A DNA stretch of 64,000 nucleotides from Mayamaea pseudoterrestris (lineage: Eukaryota). The first letter of the stretch is position 1, and each line of letters begins with the position of its first letter. The stretch is from positions 124,001-188,000 of the forward strand of contig BROI01000004.1 in assembly GCA_027923505.1 (NCBI GenBank), given 5' to 3'. The notes under the pieces were generated by a model that saw nothing but the letters and a program-made list of their open reading frames with translations, was not told where the DNA came from and made no database searches. Positions 1 to 11,309 of the stretch are shown one piece after another. The position numbers and the translations under genes were made by a program.

Positions 1-196
1 CGTGGTGAAGGACTTGGTGGTTACTGTTGGAGCAGTATAGTTCGCCCGTGCGACACTGGAAAGGCAGTCGCAAGAATTGACAGGAGGGAGCAACGAGCGC
101 TGATATCGGCAAGGGCGAGCGATTAATCACGACGCGGCCGCTCACATCCTTTGGACTGCTCGTCTTTGAGCTGGATACATACAGAGAAAGTTGCAT
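1..196 (-). CDS. Possible 5' part of a gene running off the left edge (MQLSLYVSSSK...)
   Basis: Minus-strand frame from ATG at 196 stays open to position 1; no recognisable motif. Confidence 0.2.
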   Translation of the reverse strand, partial: MQLSLYVSSSKTSSPKDVSGRVVINRSPLPISALVAPSCQFLRLPFQCRTGELYCSNSNHQVLHH

Positions 197-912
197 GTTG
201 CGCTGCAGCAGCCAAAGTGCGACTCATTGTCGGCGTTCGGCACGGCCCGGGCGCAAAATTATCTGCCATAACTGAGTGCCATACACTGTACGCCTTTTAT
301 GTAGAGTTTGTCAAGCAAAATTAAAACAAATAGACCGTTTACTTATAGCTGCAACGTTTCAACACGCCTAGAGTTACTTGTGGACTTGGGGCAGGGGAGG
401 GAGCTTCTTTTGCGCTTCGGCCAATTCCTGTCACAAAGAGTCACAATTGCGTCAGACATGCACATTGGTACGCCATCAATGTAGATGCTTATTGCACATT
501 CCCGCACTTAGACTATCATGTACGTACAGCTGCCGTCTTTTCGCGACTCTTGTAAAACGTGGAAGGTCGAGCAGCCTTACATTTGCCAAGCTGCGCTTCG
601 AGCTGAGCCGGAACGGGAAGAGGATCTGTTTCGTAGAGCGGCATTTTTCGTTGAACTGTAAATTGGCAGCAAACGAACTGTAAACTTGATCAAAGGGAGA
701 CCAAAGGGATGAGACCAATTCGATGAACGGCTGATGATGTGGGCCTGCGAAACAGAAATGTCGCACAGAGATCGAACGAATTTAGCTACAAAGCTACTGC
801 CTCGCAAAACTGTCTATCTACGGTAGTTGCCACTTAATAAGCGTACCGGTACTATTACAACGAACTTATAGCAATTACGATCTCTACCAATCGATTGCTA
901 GAGTAAGCGCGA

Positions 913-995
913 AATGGCTTTGACGAGATTTTGTCTGCATACGGGTAGACTGGTGCAAAAATTCACATAACAGACAAAATCTCGTCAAAGCCATT
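913..995. repeat. Perfect 25-bp inverted repeat with 33-nt spacer (hairpin / tiny MITE-like element)
   Basis: AATGGCTTTGACGAGATTTTGTCTG (913-937) is the exact reverse complement of CAGACAAAATCTCGTCAAAGCCATT (971-995). Confidence 0.9.
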
Positions 996-1136
996 AGCAG
1001 TGTGGTTATTTATCTGACTACCTACTCGCTAATAAACTTTTTAGCGGTAGAAGAGTTCTAACATGATGTAAATAGTTGCAAGACTAAGGCTGCGTGCTTG
1101 TGCACGCGCAGGGAAAGTGTCAATGTGTTTGTTGCC

Positions 1137-2348
1137 TCATGGGTTGGCGACATCTTCCTGATGCCTATTTCTGCTGGTATTGTCTTCACTTTCGCCAGCT
1201 ATCGCGTCATTCGTGACAGACACATCGACAACGTCGTCTTCGCTGTCGTCTTTTGCTGCGTCTGGTTCCGTCCTTGTCGCCAAAGCGGTGCAGCGCTTGT
1301 ATTTCAAGTAATGCAGGAGTGCAAGCATTGCTAGCCAGGACCAAAAGACGACAATTTGTAACACAGTCCGCGAGCTGCTGTAACCAAATGGCTCCAAGAA
1401 GGTCATGGGTATCTTGTGGTCATCCCAAAACGATGGCATTGGAATGGCCCATACTTGCTTGGTCGGTGTCGTTTCCTCCTCCACGTTGTGCACTCCGTCA
1501 GTCAACAGGCCAGCTGATAGAAAGCTCACGAGCACAATCACAAACAGCGAAAAGCCTAATTTCTTGTTCTGCTGTAGCTTTTGGTTTGTATAGTAAATAC
1601 CATAGCCGAGCCCTCCGCCGATGATGATTCCAATGAATGCGCTCAGCGGGATCGCAGCCAAGTCATCTCCAGTCAGAAACGATGGAATGAGAAAGACACC
1701 GCATTCAGCCACTTCGCGCCATATATTCCAGGCAATGTTGAATCGAATTGATTTCAAAGTAAGCGCGTCGGCCGTGTCCTCGGCAGTGGTATTGGAGGCT
1801 GTTACAACTTCCGTTACATGAGGCGCAGCCTCATCGTCGACCGGAATGGCAGCCTCACAATCGGCGTCGGCATCGACATCAGCTTGCATGAGCGTTAAGG
1901 TTTGATCCGTGGACAAAGGCTGTTCATCTTCAAGGGGTGTCTTCACCTCCTTGATACTTGCACCTCTCATCTTTTCCTTGTTTCCAGCTTTTTTCGAGCC
2001 GTAAAAGCCGAGCCACTTTGGTAGCTTCAAACTCAGCTGCAGCATGCATACCGAGGCTACAATCTTGCTCACTCCCTCAATAAGCTCAGACGTGGTTGTA
2101 TCAAAGTCCTTGGACAAAAGCGCCAAAGGAACTGCCACTGCGAAAATCACAATAATGGCAAGCAACGTCGCGAGTAGCGACGACACGGTAATCGCTCGGA
2201 GCGCCTTTTCGCGAGTCAAGCCTTGCTCCAAACTGTCGCCGTACATGACAACGGTGCGATACTCGGCGATGATGATGCTGCCCTCCAAGATTTCTCGAGC
2301 AAACACCGTCAGAATGGATGCGTTGATGAGCTGAGAGGACGATGACAT
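1137..2348 (-). CDS. FTR1: High-affinity iron permease, FTR1 family
   Basis: Multiple TM helices; two RExxE iron-binding motifs (AREILEG, WREVAEC); FTR1-like C-terminus (PFGYSSSRTVLQIVVFW). Start taken at ATG 2348. Confidence 0.85.
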   Translation of the reverse strand: MSSSSQLINASILTVFAREILEGSIIIAEYRTVVMYGDSLEQGLTREKALRAITVSSLLATLLAIIVIFAVAVPLALLSKDFDTTTSELIEGVSKIVASVCMLQLSLKLPKWLGFYGSKKAGNKEKMRGASIKEVKTPLEDEQPLSTDQTLTLMQADVDADADCEAAIPVDDEAAPHVTEVVTASNTTAEDTADALTLKSIRFNIAWNIWREVAECGVFLIPSFLTGDDLAAIPLSAFIGIIIGGGLGYGIYYTNQKLQQNKKLGFSLFVIVLVSFLSAGLLTDGVHNVEEETTPTKQVWAIPMPSFWDDHKIPMTFLEPFGYSSSRTVLQIVVFWSWLAMLALLHYLKYKRCTALATRTEPDAAKDDSEDDVVDVSVTNDAIAGESEDNTSRNRHQEDVANP

Positions 2349-3294
2349 GATGATGGTCTTGTAATGAGGTGCCTGTACTAGCAGCAGTCCTTCCAAGTCA
2401 AGTCGATACACCCCAAGACTATCTTAACCAACGCACAGTCACCCTTTTAAAGAGACTTGCTTGAGCTCCGTTCTTGCACTATGATCGCCACCGTGCCTTT
2501 TCGCTTGCTTGATATGAAGGCTCGTGCCGCCATGCTGCGTCAAGGGTTGCCGAGGCACCCCATAATAGTGCACAAGTCGAAAAACCGACTCCGCGAGGGC
2601 TTATATTTCAGTGAGTCATTGTGATACGTGAGTACAATGTCTTTTCATGAAGTGGGACTCACAAGGTTCGCTTGGAACGTCAAGTTCAAGGCATTGACTT
2701 TTGTCCCGCATTGCTGCTTCTGCTTCTATCCGGCAAGTTACCGTAATCTAAGCTCTATCACAGTATGTAACAAAGATATGTTGGTGATACCTAATACTAC
2801 TGGAGTTCACACTTTGCGAAAGCCAGCCCTGTGCTGGCAAGGAAAAGCATGCTTTGCTTGCGTCGCGTGCTTTGCAACGCCCATCCATTGACTTTCGGTA
2901 TGAAATGTAAGAGTCAAACAAACACAGTATAGAAAGATCTAATGTATAGTATGAACATTAGGAAGATGAAAGCCGAAAATTGTCTTAGCCTCGATGAACG
3001 CGGTCCTTAACGTTTTGCGAGCGAGGCGAGGTCCGTTTCGAGCGTTGGCGACGAACGCCAAACGAACGTGCTGCGAGTCGTGCGAGCTTTATGCATGTTT
3101 CTCCAAACGACCAGCACGAGCGATTCAATGCTCGTGATGAGCATGGACACACAACAAACGCATTGCGTGATGTCTTGATTGCTGAAAGTGTCAAGTAAAC
3201 GTTTAGAGGCAGAGTCCCCGCACAAAACGACATTTTAGCAACGCCTCGACGACACTCGTTCCGTGCTCCGATCATCAAACACCCACCACAAACA

Positions 3295-4626
3295 ATGATG
3301 TCAGAGCATTTGACCTTGCAGAATGAAGAGCACAAGGAAGACGATTTGTCTTCAGAGACAGCAAGGTTTGCATCATTTTCTCCCGAAACGTCGGCTGCTG
3401 CTGGTCCAACGTTGATAGGATCGCCAGCATGTCCTTGCTGCAACCAACGGTTCGACCGTCAACATCAGCAGACAATGAACGAGCCTACCATTTGCATGGC
3501 AACATCTCATCCAGCTAGCAGTGGAATCAATGCTCCAAAGTCTTTTAACGAAATGCACCAAGAAGAACAAGACGCATTGCCTGGTGTGCTTGATCAGGGT
3601 CTACAATACACGCCAGTTCGCATTTTGGCGGAAGGGTGGTTGCACAAGAAGGGAACTGGCAATGATTGGTTAAGCTCTCGCGGGTGGAAGACTCGATGGG
3701 CGCGATTGTGTTTGGCTCGCGTGGATGGCTTTGAGACGGAAGTTCCATTGCTTTTGATTTATTGGTTTCCCATTTCGGAAGACCCGTCGACAATTATCGT
3801 GCTGGATCACACGGTGGTTATCAAGCTTGATAAGGAGGATCAAAGTCAGTGGAACTCGTTTCGTTTCGAGGTTCGCCACGTGTCAAAGGAGGGTCGAAAG
3901 ACAATGGTGACTCGAACATTTGCGGCTCCTCGAAAAGGTCGAGACGCTTGGGTCTACGCAATCAGCAATGCGCTACTCTATTACGAAAAGAAGAAGGATC
4001 AAGTTCGAAAGCAAGCGATAAGGGCAACGTCACCATTTCAGGTCGAACGGAGCAGGAGCTTGAGCCCAATCATGAACGACTTGTGGTTGGGTGATCGCAT
4101 GGTAAGTCCACCAAGTAGCCCTGTTTCATCACTTGCAAAGGGCACGCCGAATCGCAATCCTCGGCTACCTCGTGCGTATACCAACTGCTATCTCGCCTGC
4201 AACAGCGAACCAGCCTGGCAACACCAGGTTGTAAAAGCCTCTTTGTATACTAGCGTAAATCATCAAATAATATGCAACATATTTCTACGGATTTTAACGA
4301 GCTACTATCGTTCACTATTAGTCGAATTATCTGGCGGCAGCAGCAGCGAGTTCGTTTCCGGACCTTTCCAAAACTTGTGTGAAATGCGTCTTCTGTCCAA
4401 AATGCGACCTCCAAACCAATCACTATATAGCATGGAATTTTCAACTGGCCGAAGGAGCTTGGCCGTCCAATTATCCTTGATATTTTCTGGCCCTTGGCAA
4501 AGGGGCAAGCAGTGCACCGTCAATAGTCCATACAAGTTACCAAACACGACATCAGTCAGTAATCGATCGCCAACGATGCAAATCGTCGCAGGATCCTCCA
4601 ACTCAAAGTGTTGTAGCATTTCCTGA
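3295..4626 (+). CDS. PH-domain protein (3' end uncertain)
   Basis: LAEGWLHKKG...WKTRWARL...FEVRH...RTFAAP...RDAWVYAI is a typical PH domain; the last ~140 aa look non-coding and overlap the next gene. Confidence 0.75.
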   Translation: MMSEHLTLQNEEHKEDDLSSETARFASFSPETSAAAGPTLIGSPACPCCNQRFDRQHQQTMNEPTICMATSHPASSGINAPKSFNEMHQEEQDALPGVLDQGLQYTPVRILAEGWLHKKGTGNDWLSSRGWKTRWARLCLARVDGFETEVPLLLIYWFPISEDPSTIIVLDHTVVIKLDKEDQSQWNSFRFEVRHVSKEGRKTMVTRTFAAPRKGRDAWVYAISNALLYYEKKKDQVRKQAIRATSPFQVERSRSLSPIMNDLWLGDRMVSPPSSPVSSLAKGTPNRNPRLPRAYTNCYLACNSEPAWQHQVVKASLYTSVNHQIICNIFLRILTSYYRSLLVELSGGSSSEFVSGPFQNLCEMRLLSKMRPPNQSLYSMEFSTGRRSLAVQLSLIFSGPWQRGKQCTVNSPYKLPNTTSVSNRSPTMQIVAGSSNSKCCSIS

Positions 4627-5000
4627 AGTCCGCCAGGTTTCTTTTCATCATGTCGAATAACCCTAATTCCCAAGGCAGCTTCAATTTCAATCGCATCCTT
4701 GTAGTCGACATCGTCGCGCGTCCCAGCCGAGTTGCTCAGTATGGCGACATTAGCAACGCCAAACGCTTCAATCGCCCGCTTGAGGCCCGGAACGACCGCT
4801 GGATGTAACACGTTTTCGTACGGCGCTGTCAGTGTATTGTCCTTGTCAAAGACGACTGCTTGAATTCCGGAGTCTTGCTTCATGGCGATAAAATTGAGCT
4901 GGCTAATGGTATGGACGGATATTTGAGGAACGATCAAACCTGGCCGCCGCACAATGGAGGCGAGCGTGACAATGGCTTTAGTGTTGATGGACTGAACCAT
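4305..5000 (-). CDS. HAD-superfamily phosphatidylglycerophosphate phosphatase (GEP4/YqeG-like)
   Basis: Motifs VVFDKDNTLT, ILSNSAG, KKPG, VGDRLLTDVVFGN. Confidence 0.9.
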   Translation of the reverse strand: MVQSINTKAIVTLASIVRRPGLIVPQISVHTISQLNFIAMKQDSGIQAVVFDKDNTLTAPYENVLHPAVVPGLKRAIEAFGVANVAILSNSAGTRDDVDYKDAIEIEAALGIRVIRHDEKKPGGLQEMLQHFELEDPATICIVGDRLLTDVVFGNLYGLLTVHCLPLCQGPENIKDNWTAKLLRPVENSMLYSDWFGGRILDRRRISHKFWKGPETNSLLLPPDNSTNSER

Positions 5001-5383
5001 TATTGTAAAGAAGCCAACACGATGCAGGTAGCGACAAGGCAGAAATCACTTGATGTTATAGATTGCTGCTACTCTATTTGGTAGACGGAGCAAATTAAGA
5101 CTAGAAGAATTGCAATTTTGCAAGTTGCTTTTGCTTTTGCCATGGTCCACTCGTCGCTCTCGCTCGCCAATTCTTCTCCAAAAGTCGTATCGGCAATGAC
5201 GAATACCGCTCCGACTTGAGACACGAATGATCTTGACACCAGGTTCAATTTCCAATTGCCTGACCTTCCGACTCGGATGAGGCCGTCCATCACAAGTTGC
5301 TTCGCTTGTTTCCAAACTCAGCATTCGAAATAGACAGCTTCTTATCGTAAGCGACAATGATGTATATCAAATAGCTGCCAAAG

Positions 5384-7679
5384 ATGCCGCATCAGTACGC
5401 GTTCGACGCCGCCAAGCGCTTGACGCAATGCCTCGAGGTGCTTGACGACGCCCACAAGGCATCGCCTCATCTCATGAGCTTGAAGGATGCACTGTTGGAG
5501 GTGGAGACGCAGCTGCAATCTTACTTTCAAAGGTATATTGACAAGGAACGACATGAAGAAGACTCTGCGATACATGCACTATTTGACGTATATCCACCAA
5601 ATACACTCGAGTCATCCATGCGTCTGCTGAAACGCATTCGCAAGCACAAGCGCAAAATGCAGACACAACAATGTAGCGCAACTCAATCAGCAGTGCCATC
5701 CATATTCTACGAGTACCCGCAACGAACGACTGCCGATACACTACTGTTTCGACTCATTAACGTGTTGCGACTCTGCCTAGTGCGATTGGAGAACGAAACG
5801 CCACGTCGAAACAACAATTCACAGTCTTCAATGTCATTGATTGGTCCATCCTCGCGCAGTGTTGCAGTATCATTCTTGGGCGTGTTGACATGTTGGCGAT
5901 TTGCACAGACTCGAACAACCTTACTGCGACCACCATTGGGAACAACGACGTCAACGTACACTTCACTGGACTGGATAATCCTTGCCACCAAGGTTGGCGT
6001 CACTGGAATCATACTAGTTGCCGTTCGCAAGGCGGGTGAAAGTGTGTGGAGAGCGTCCAAGATTGCCAATTCGACGGGCGCCGTCGAGGACTGGAGTCGG
6101 CAGTGGCGCGCCATTCAGCCCCCCAAAGTAATTGCGCCTGGAACGAAGCAAACGCGCGATTTGAATGACAAGGAGCAGGCGAGACTTTTAGTGGAGTTTG
6201 CTTTAAAGGAACCAAGAAAGGTATGTGGCAATAGAACACTCGCAACCTGTGATTTCATGGCCATCACGTGCTCACGAGTGTCTTTTATAACAGTTGACAA
6301 TCTGGAGGACATCTGGCGAACTGCGATTCTTCATGCTGAAACGCGCCATGGACATTTTCTACGCATCCGTCGAGACTGCCATGGAGGTTACAAACGCTCG
6401 CTCCGCATCGGATTGGCAGCTGTTGGGTGCGACGGCAGCTGCGGCGTCGTTCTATTCCACGCCTGGTACAGGAGCGGGTAAACGTGTGGCCGCAATTACT
6501 TCGTCGTCACGAGCAGCTGGAGATTTGATCCGGAATGCGTGGGGTATGGTGTCGCTTCCGGCGGTCAAAAATTTGTCCCTTCAGGCATCTCGGTTTTTGA
6601 AAGGAGCATCGGTGGCCGATCGAATTGAAATATGCGGCGTCTCATGTTTCGTCCTATCCAAGGACCCGGCTCCTGAATTAGCCACCAGCATTGATCGCCA
6701 TAAGCGCCTGACAGGCATGGCGTCGGCGCCATCTTTGGATACGATTGACGAAGACGAGGAGCATACGCCTACAGCAACCTGCAGTTCCAAGCCTTTTGCG
6801 CGGACGACATCGCTATCTCGCCATCGTCAAAGGGACGTTATATTTCATCTCACTGGCGGGGGATTTTTCGCGCATATTATAGCTACTGACTTGCCATATC
6901 TACTGGATTGGAGTGCAGCGACTGGTGCTGTTGTCATCTGCCCCGAATACGCATTGCTGCCAGACCATTGCTTTCCAGATGCGCTTCATCAAATTACAAA
7001 CGTTTATAGCACGTTGGTGAATGGCGATGCTACACCGCAACTTGGATTCGAAGTCAATCGCATAGTTCTGACTGGAGAGTCTGCGGGCGGGAATTTGGCA
7101 TCGGCTCTGTGTATCCAACTGTCGCGCCAAGTGACCGAAGGCTCTCCAGAGCAAGCGGATAGTCATACTGCTACTATAGCAAGCAACTCAGATATTGAAG
7201 GACTAGAATGGGTCCGAATGCCTGACGCGCTCATGCTTTCCTGCCCTGTGCTAAACTTGTCATCCGATCTGAGTCCGTCGCGCATGGCCAGCACAACAGA
7301 CCCAGTCATGCCAGGAAGTGTCATTTCCGCCATTTCCGACGCTTACATTCCACAACGTCTCAACGTAAATCGAAAGGATCCGTTGGTGTCACCAATCTTT
7401 GCCAGCGACGAAAACCTCAAGCACTTTCCACCGACGTTGCTCTTTGCCAGCTCCAACGACCCCGTCTTGGACGATTCGGTCATTTTCAATCGCCGCTTAC
7501 GAAGCTTGGGCGTGGATGCGGACCTGCAAGTGGCCGACAACCTTCCGCACGCTTACTTGGGTCTTGGCATTGCCGCCTTTCCGGAAGCGGTCCAGGTGCA
7601 ACAGCATTGCCAAAGCTGGTTGACGTATCAACTTACCAGGCGGCACTTGCTGGAGGAAGATAGCTCCAATTCATGGTAA
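5384..7679 (+). CDS. Hormone-sensitive lipase-like alpha/beta hydrolase (2 exons; intron 6221-6293)
   Basis: HLTGGGF, PEYALLP..FP, GESAGG nucleophile motif, DPVLDDS, LPHAY; GTATGT..CAG intron joins ORFs 5384 and 6294 in frame. Confidence 0.85.
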
Positions 7680-7791
7680 AATTAGCTATTGTATATTACT
7701 AACTGCAATGTTCATAAGAATGACGTATAAGTTTAATTTGATCAAACTGTGACCAAGCTATTATCAAGGAATGATGCATAAGGTACGCACG

Positions 7792-8379
7792 CTACCGTCG
7801 TCGCTTGACGACCCATTCGCGTGGAACGTCTTGCAGCTGCGGATTCAAACTCCGATAGGCCGGATCCCAGGGCGCTGGCTGCTCGTAAAAGCCAGTCTCT
7901 GGATTCTTCCACGCCTTGACAAGGTCTGGTCCACCCAACGTTGTGTCTTGCCTTTTAATGACAGGATCACCACTCAAGTAGGACAGCGTGTAGGCAGTCA
8001 CAACGGCGGCGCACCATCCATATACAAATGTTCGAGGTCGCATAATATTGCTGACGAATATTTGGAGTGGTGTCGTGGCGACTCCAGCTGGACCTGGACG
8101 GAAACCTGTCCCCTTGGGATGGTTGTAATATGGACCCGACTTGTGCAGTCCCCTTCCCATGGCCCCAGATTCTCGCAAGTGATAGTCATAGACTCGTCGT
8201 CTCTTTTCGTTCGTCAAAATGTTTGCTGCCACTGAAATTTCCTTGAAGCGTTCCGGACAGGCCGTGACGCCTCCCACGTCTGGATGCAGCTCCATGGATA
8301 GCTTGCGAAAGGTTGCCTTGATGGTTTCCTGCGAGTCGTCACGACGGACGCCCAGTGTGTCGTAATGGTTCTTTTTCAT
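7792..8379 (-). CDS. DnaJ (J-domain) protein with a TM segment
   Basis: NHYDTLGV...IKATFRKLSMELHPD...FKEIS..A..L...KRRRVYD. Confidence 0.85.
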   Translation of the reverse strand: MKKNHYDTLGVRRDDSQETIKATFRKLSMELHPDVGGVTACPERFKEISVAANILTNEKRRRVYDYHLRESGAMGRGLHKSGPYYNHPKGTGFRPGPAGVATTPLQIFVSNIMRPRTFVYGWCAAVVTAYTLSYLSGDPVIKRQDTTLGGPDLVKAWKNPETGFYEQPAPWDPAYRSLNPQLQDVPREWVVKRRR

Positions 8380-8663
8380 TGTGATGAAAGGCTTATTTGT
8401 GTAATTCACTTGCTTGTTCGTCTGTCAGTTCTCTCACTTTTATAAATTTCGTTTGGGTGAGCGCATATTCTCCATGGTCGAATCAGCGCGCGATTGGCAA
8501 TCGCTCGTGTGCTTTGTCGGAGCGGTTCTCAAAAAAGTTTTCATTTCTGCGAAACTTTGTCGCACTTTTCCTCCGGATTCTATCTGCAAAACCATCCAAA
8601 CAACACCGAATCTGGAGAGTTGCCGACCATTGGAGGCGACGGAAGTTAGCGTTGTAAGCTCTT

Positions 8664-9704
8664 ATGCGTCTCGTGTTGAAAAATGTACGAGTATTTCTTC
8701 CAAATCCTTCAAAAACGACATACATTCTACGACGACATGTATCGTCCGGTAACACAATCATCGGCCAGCAAGACGAGTTGCATACACCGAAAACAATCGT
8801 TCGAAGTTCCTTATGCTCGACGGGACGTACCATTGACTTTTGCAGAGGCTGGGCCTGGCAGCAGCTTTTGTTGAGTCGACGACTTGCGCATCGAAGACGT
8901 CTGCCGCAAGTAGTCAATGATGGCGAAGGCAATGACATTGCTGCTACTGCTGACGACAATACGATACTAGTATTGGAACACTCTCCCGTCTATACGTTAG
9001 GCAGGGGAGCGAATGAAAAGCATTTGACGTTTCTAAACGGCGAAAACTCGCATGCACAAAGCATGCTTGAAAAACTAGCACGCACCAATCGCAACACAGA
9101 TTCGGCTCGATTATCGGTCGATCGAAAACTCTTACATGACGACGCACTATGGCAAGGCGATTGTCACGAGATTGTCAATTACGTGTCGAAGATTGCATCG
9201 CCCGTGGTGGCACCTAACGGGGTTCCCATTTACCGCGTCGAGCGCGGAGGGGAAGTCACCTTTCACGGGCCTGGACAGTTGGTGGTTTACCCCATGCTTG
9301 ACTTGCAGCAAGCACCCTTTCGACAAGACTTGAAGTGGTATCTGTGCATGCTGGAGGAGGTTGTCATTAATGTGTTGGAGGAATACGATATAGTTGGCGT
9401 TCGCGATTGTATCAATACTGGTGTGTGGGTGGATCAACGTAAAATTTGCGCCGTTGGCGTGAGTGCATCGCGATGGATCACTACCCATGGTTTCGCGTTG
9501 AATGTATCGGCGGATTTGGACTACTTTGATGCGTCATTCATTACGCCCTGCGGTATCGAAGGACGCGGAGTCACTAGTCTTGCCGAAATTCTGCAGCGAC
9601 GCGGCGCCGAGGTACCGACCTTGAGTGAGGTTTCAAACGTTGTTCTCGACAAGATTCAACAAGCCTTTCGCATAGACCTGGAGCACGGTGACAATATTAT
9701 ATGA
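8664..9704 (+). CDS. lipB: Lipoyl(octanoyl) transferase
   Basis: LEHSPVYTLG, RGGEVTFHGPGQLVVYP, TGVWV..RKICAVG, WITTHGFALNV, ITPCG. Confidence 0.93.
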   Translation: MRLVLKNVRVFLPNPSKTTYILRRHVSSGNTIIGQQDELHTPKTIVRSSLCSTGRTIDFCRGWAWQQLLLSRRLAHRRRLPQVVNDGEGNDIAATADDNTILVLEHSPVYTLGRGANEKHLTFLNGENSHAQSMLEKLARTNRNTDSARLSVDRKLLHDDALWQGDCHEIVNYVSKIASPVVAPNGVPIYRVERGGEVTFHGPGQLVVYPMLDLQQAPFRQDLKWYLCMLEEVVINVLEEYDIVGVRDCINTGVWVDQRKICAVGVSASRWITTHGFALNVSADLDYFDASFITPCGIEGRGVTSLAEILQRRGAEVPTLSEVSNVVLDKIQQAFRIDLEHGDNII

Positions 9705-9910
9705 ATTGGATTTTCAGAGCAGCATGGAGTGCTCCGTTTACGACGTGATGCTTGTGGACGACACTGACAGCGCGGATGCAGAGACATCAGTTGCTGAACT
9801 TTCGCCTTGCACTGTTTTAAACGACGTAAAATTTCGTAACTTAGCAGTGGAATGAATTTTGTTTAGTACTTTACTATAAAGTGTAAAGTTATGTGTAATG
9901 GGGCAAGGCA

Positions 9911-11092
9911 CTACCACGAGTCCAGCTCTGCCCAGATATCTGACTCATCCTTTTTCGGTGCGTCTGCTGCATCTGCAGAATCGTCTGTTGCATCTGCAGA
10001 AATGTCCGCCTTAGTGGTATTTGTAGCCTTTCTGTCTTCCTTCATTGCGACGTCATTCGACGACTCGTCGTCAAAAGCGCTGCTTCGAACTGGCAGAGCA
10101 GCATCCGAGTCATCATCAAGAAAAGCATCGCCATCAATCTCCATGGCACCAGTCACTGGGTTGCGCCGATGACTAAAGCGACTCTCGCCGTCACTAGATT
10201 CTGAAAAAGCATCCTTTTCAGTGACTGGAGACGGCGCTTTTGCTGCAATTTTGCGCTTCTTACTCGTTTTTGCATCCGCCTTGGGCCTTTTCTTGGGTCC
10301 CTTGGCCAAGCGCAATGCATCCTCCGTCGACAGGAGTTCATTCTCATCCAAATGTGGTTCATCATGAGCCGGCAAGCGTTTTCGCGTCTGCTTGGTTGCT
10401 TGGGCTAGCTCATCTTCCAGACGATTCATCTTATTCCGAGTAGGTTCAAGTTCACTCTCCAAACGCTTTTCATTCTCCAACGCCCGCTGCAGCTCGTCCT
10501 TGCGTCCATTGTATAGAGTCAAAAAGTTGTGAAACAGTCTAGACTTTTCCTTCTCCCATCCACCTTCTAGTGTTTCCGCAGTGGCTTTCCACGCATCGCG
10601 AGCTTGCTCGATTTTGTTCGTTTGCTTTATTTGCTCCTCCACTTGTTCCATGCAAGCCAGCAAGAGTCGAACATGCTCCGTGGAGTTTGATGAAACGCGG
10701 CGCAACTTGGTTGGCGGAAAGCAATTCTTGACCATGGAGTTTTCGTCAATCGTCCAGGCTCGTATTTCAATAGTGTCGTCGTCCATTGCTTGAATCTTGG
10801 TCTGCACGGTAGATGGCATTTCTGAATTCTGCGAAACCTTCTTGGCAGCGGCAGAAGCTTTCTTTCTGTCACTTAAAGTATCATTTGGTGCTCTGAAATA
10901 TTGCATCACTTGGGATGCAGTTTGTTTCGCAACAACGCCTTTATAAGCGCCCGTTTCATCCATGGCGCGGAGCAAGCAACTGCGGTTCGCATCGTCGTCC
11001 TGGTCGACCGCTTCCAAAACGGCCGTACGACTCGATGCAGAAGAGCCAGAAGTCCCAGCTGCAATGATTTTGACTTTGCATATATCAAGCAT
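9911..11092 (-). CDS. Probable XRCC4-like NHEJ factor (globular head, coiled coil, acidic tail)
   Basis: LLRAMDETGAYKGVV resembles the XRCC4 head strand; EKEKSRLFHNFLTLYNGRKDEL resembles the ligase IV-binding coil (LYxxFxxxLNxKKxxI). Confidence 0.5.
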   Translation of the reverse strand: MLDICKVKIIAAGTSGSSASSRTAVLEAVDQDDDANRSCLLRAMDETGAYKGVVAKQTASQVMQYFRAPNDTLSDRKKASAAAKKVSQNSEMPSTVQTKIQAMDDDTIEIRAWTIDENSMVKNCFPPTKLRRVSSNSTEHVRLLLACMEQVEEQIKQTNKIEQARDAWKATAETLEGGWEKEKSRLFHNFLTLYNGRKDELQRALENEKRLESELEPTRNKMNRLEDELAQATKQTRKRLPAHDEPHLDENELLSTEDALRLAKGPKKRPKADAKTSKKRKIAAKAPSPVTEKDAFSESSDGESRFSHRRNPVTGAMEIDGDAFLDDDSDAALPVRSSAFDDESSNDVAMKEDRKATNTTKADISADATDDSADAADAPKKDESDIWAELDSW

Positions 11093-11309
11093 ATCTAGTT
11101 TCAGGGGAGGAGCTATAGAGATGACATTCGCATCGATGGTGGATGTTGTGACGAGAAAATCAAAAGAAAATTAATTTAGTGTCTTAGCGGTACTGAAATT
11201 TAGCTACGGCAAATAAAATAATGCGCAGGACGGATTATACAGCCTACCTGTACCGTATAACACGGCGTTTATAAACAAAGCATACATGAACTATGCTGAG
11301 ACATGACAT

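Noticed and set aside
2350..3000. Search for a diatom low-iron CACGTG-type promoter motif upstream of FTR1
   Set aside because: No exact match seen; only partial words such as TACGTG.
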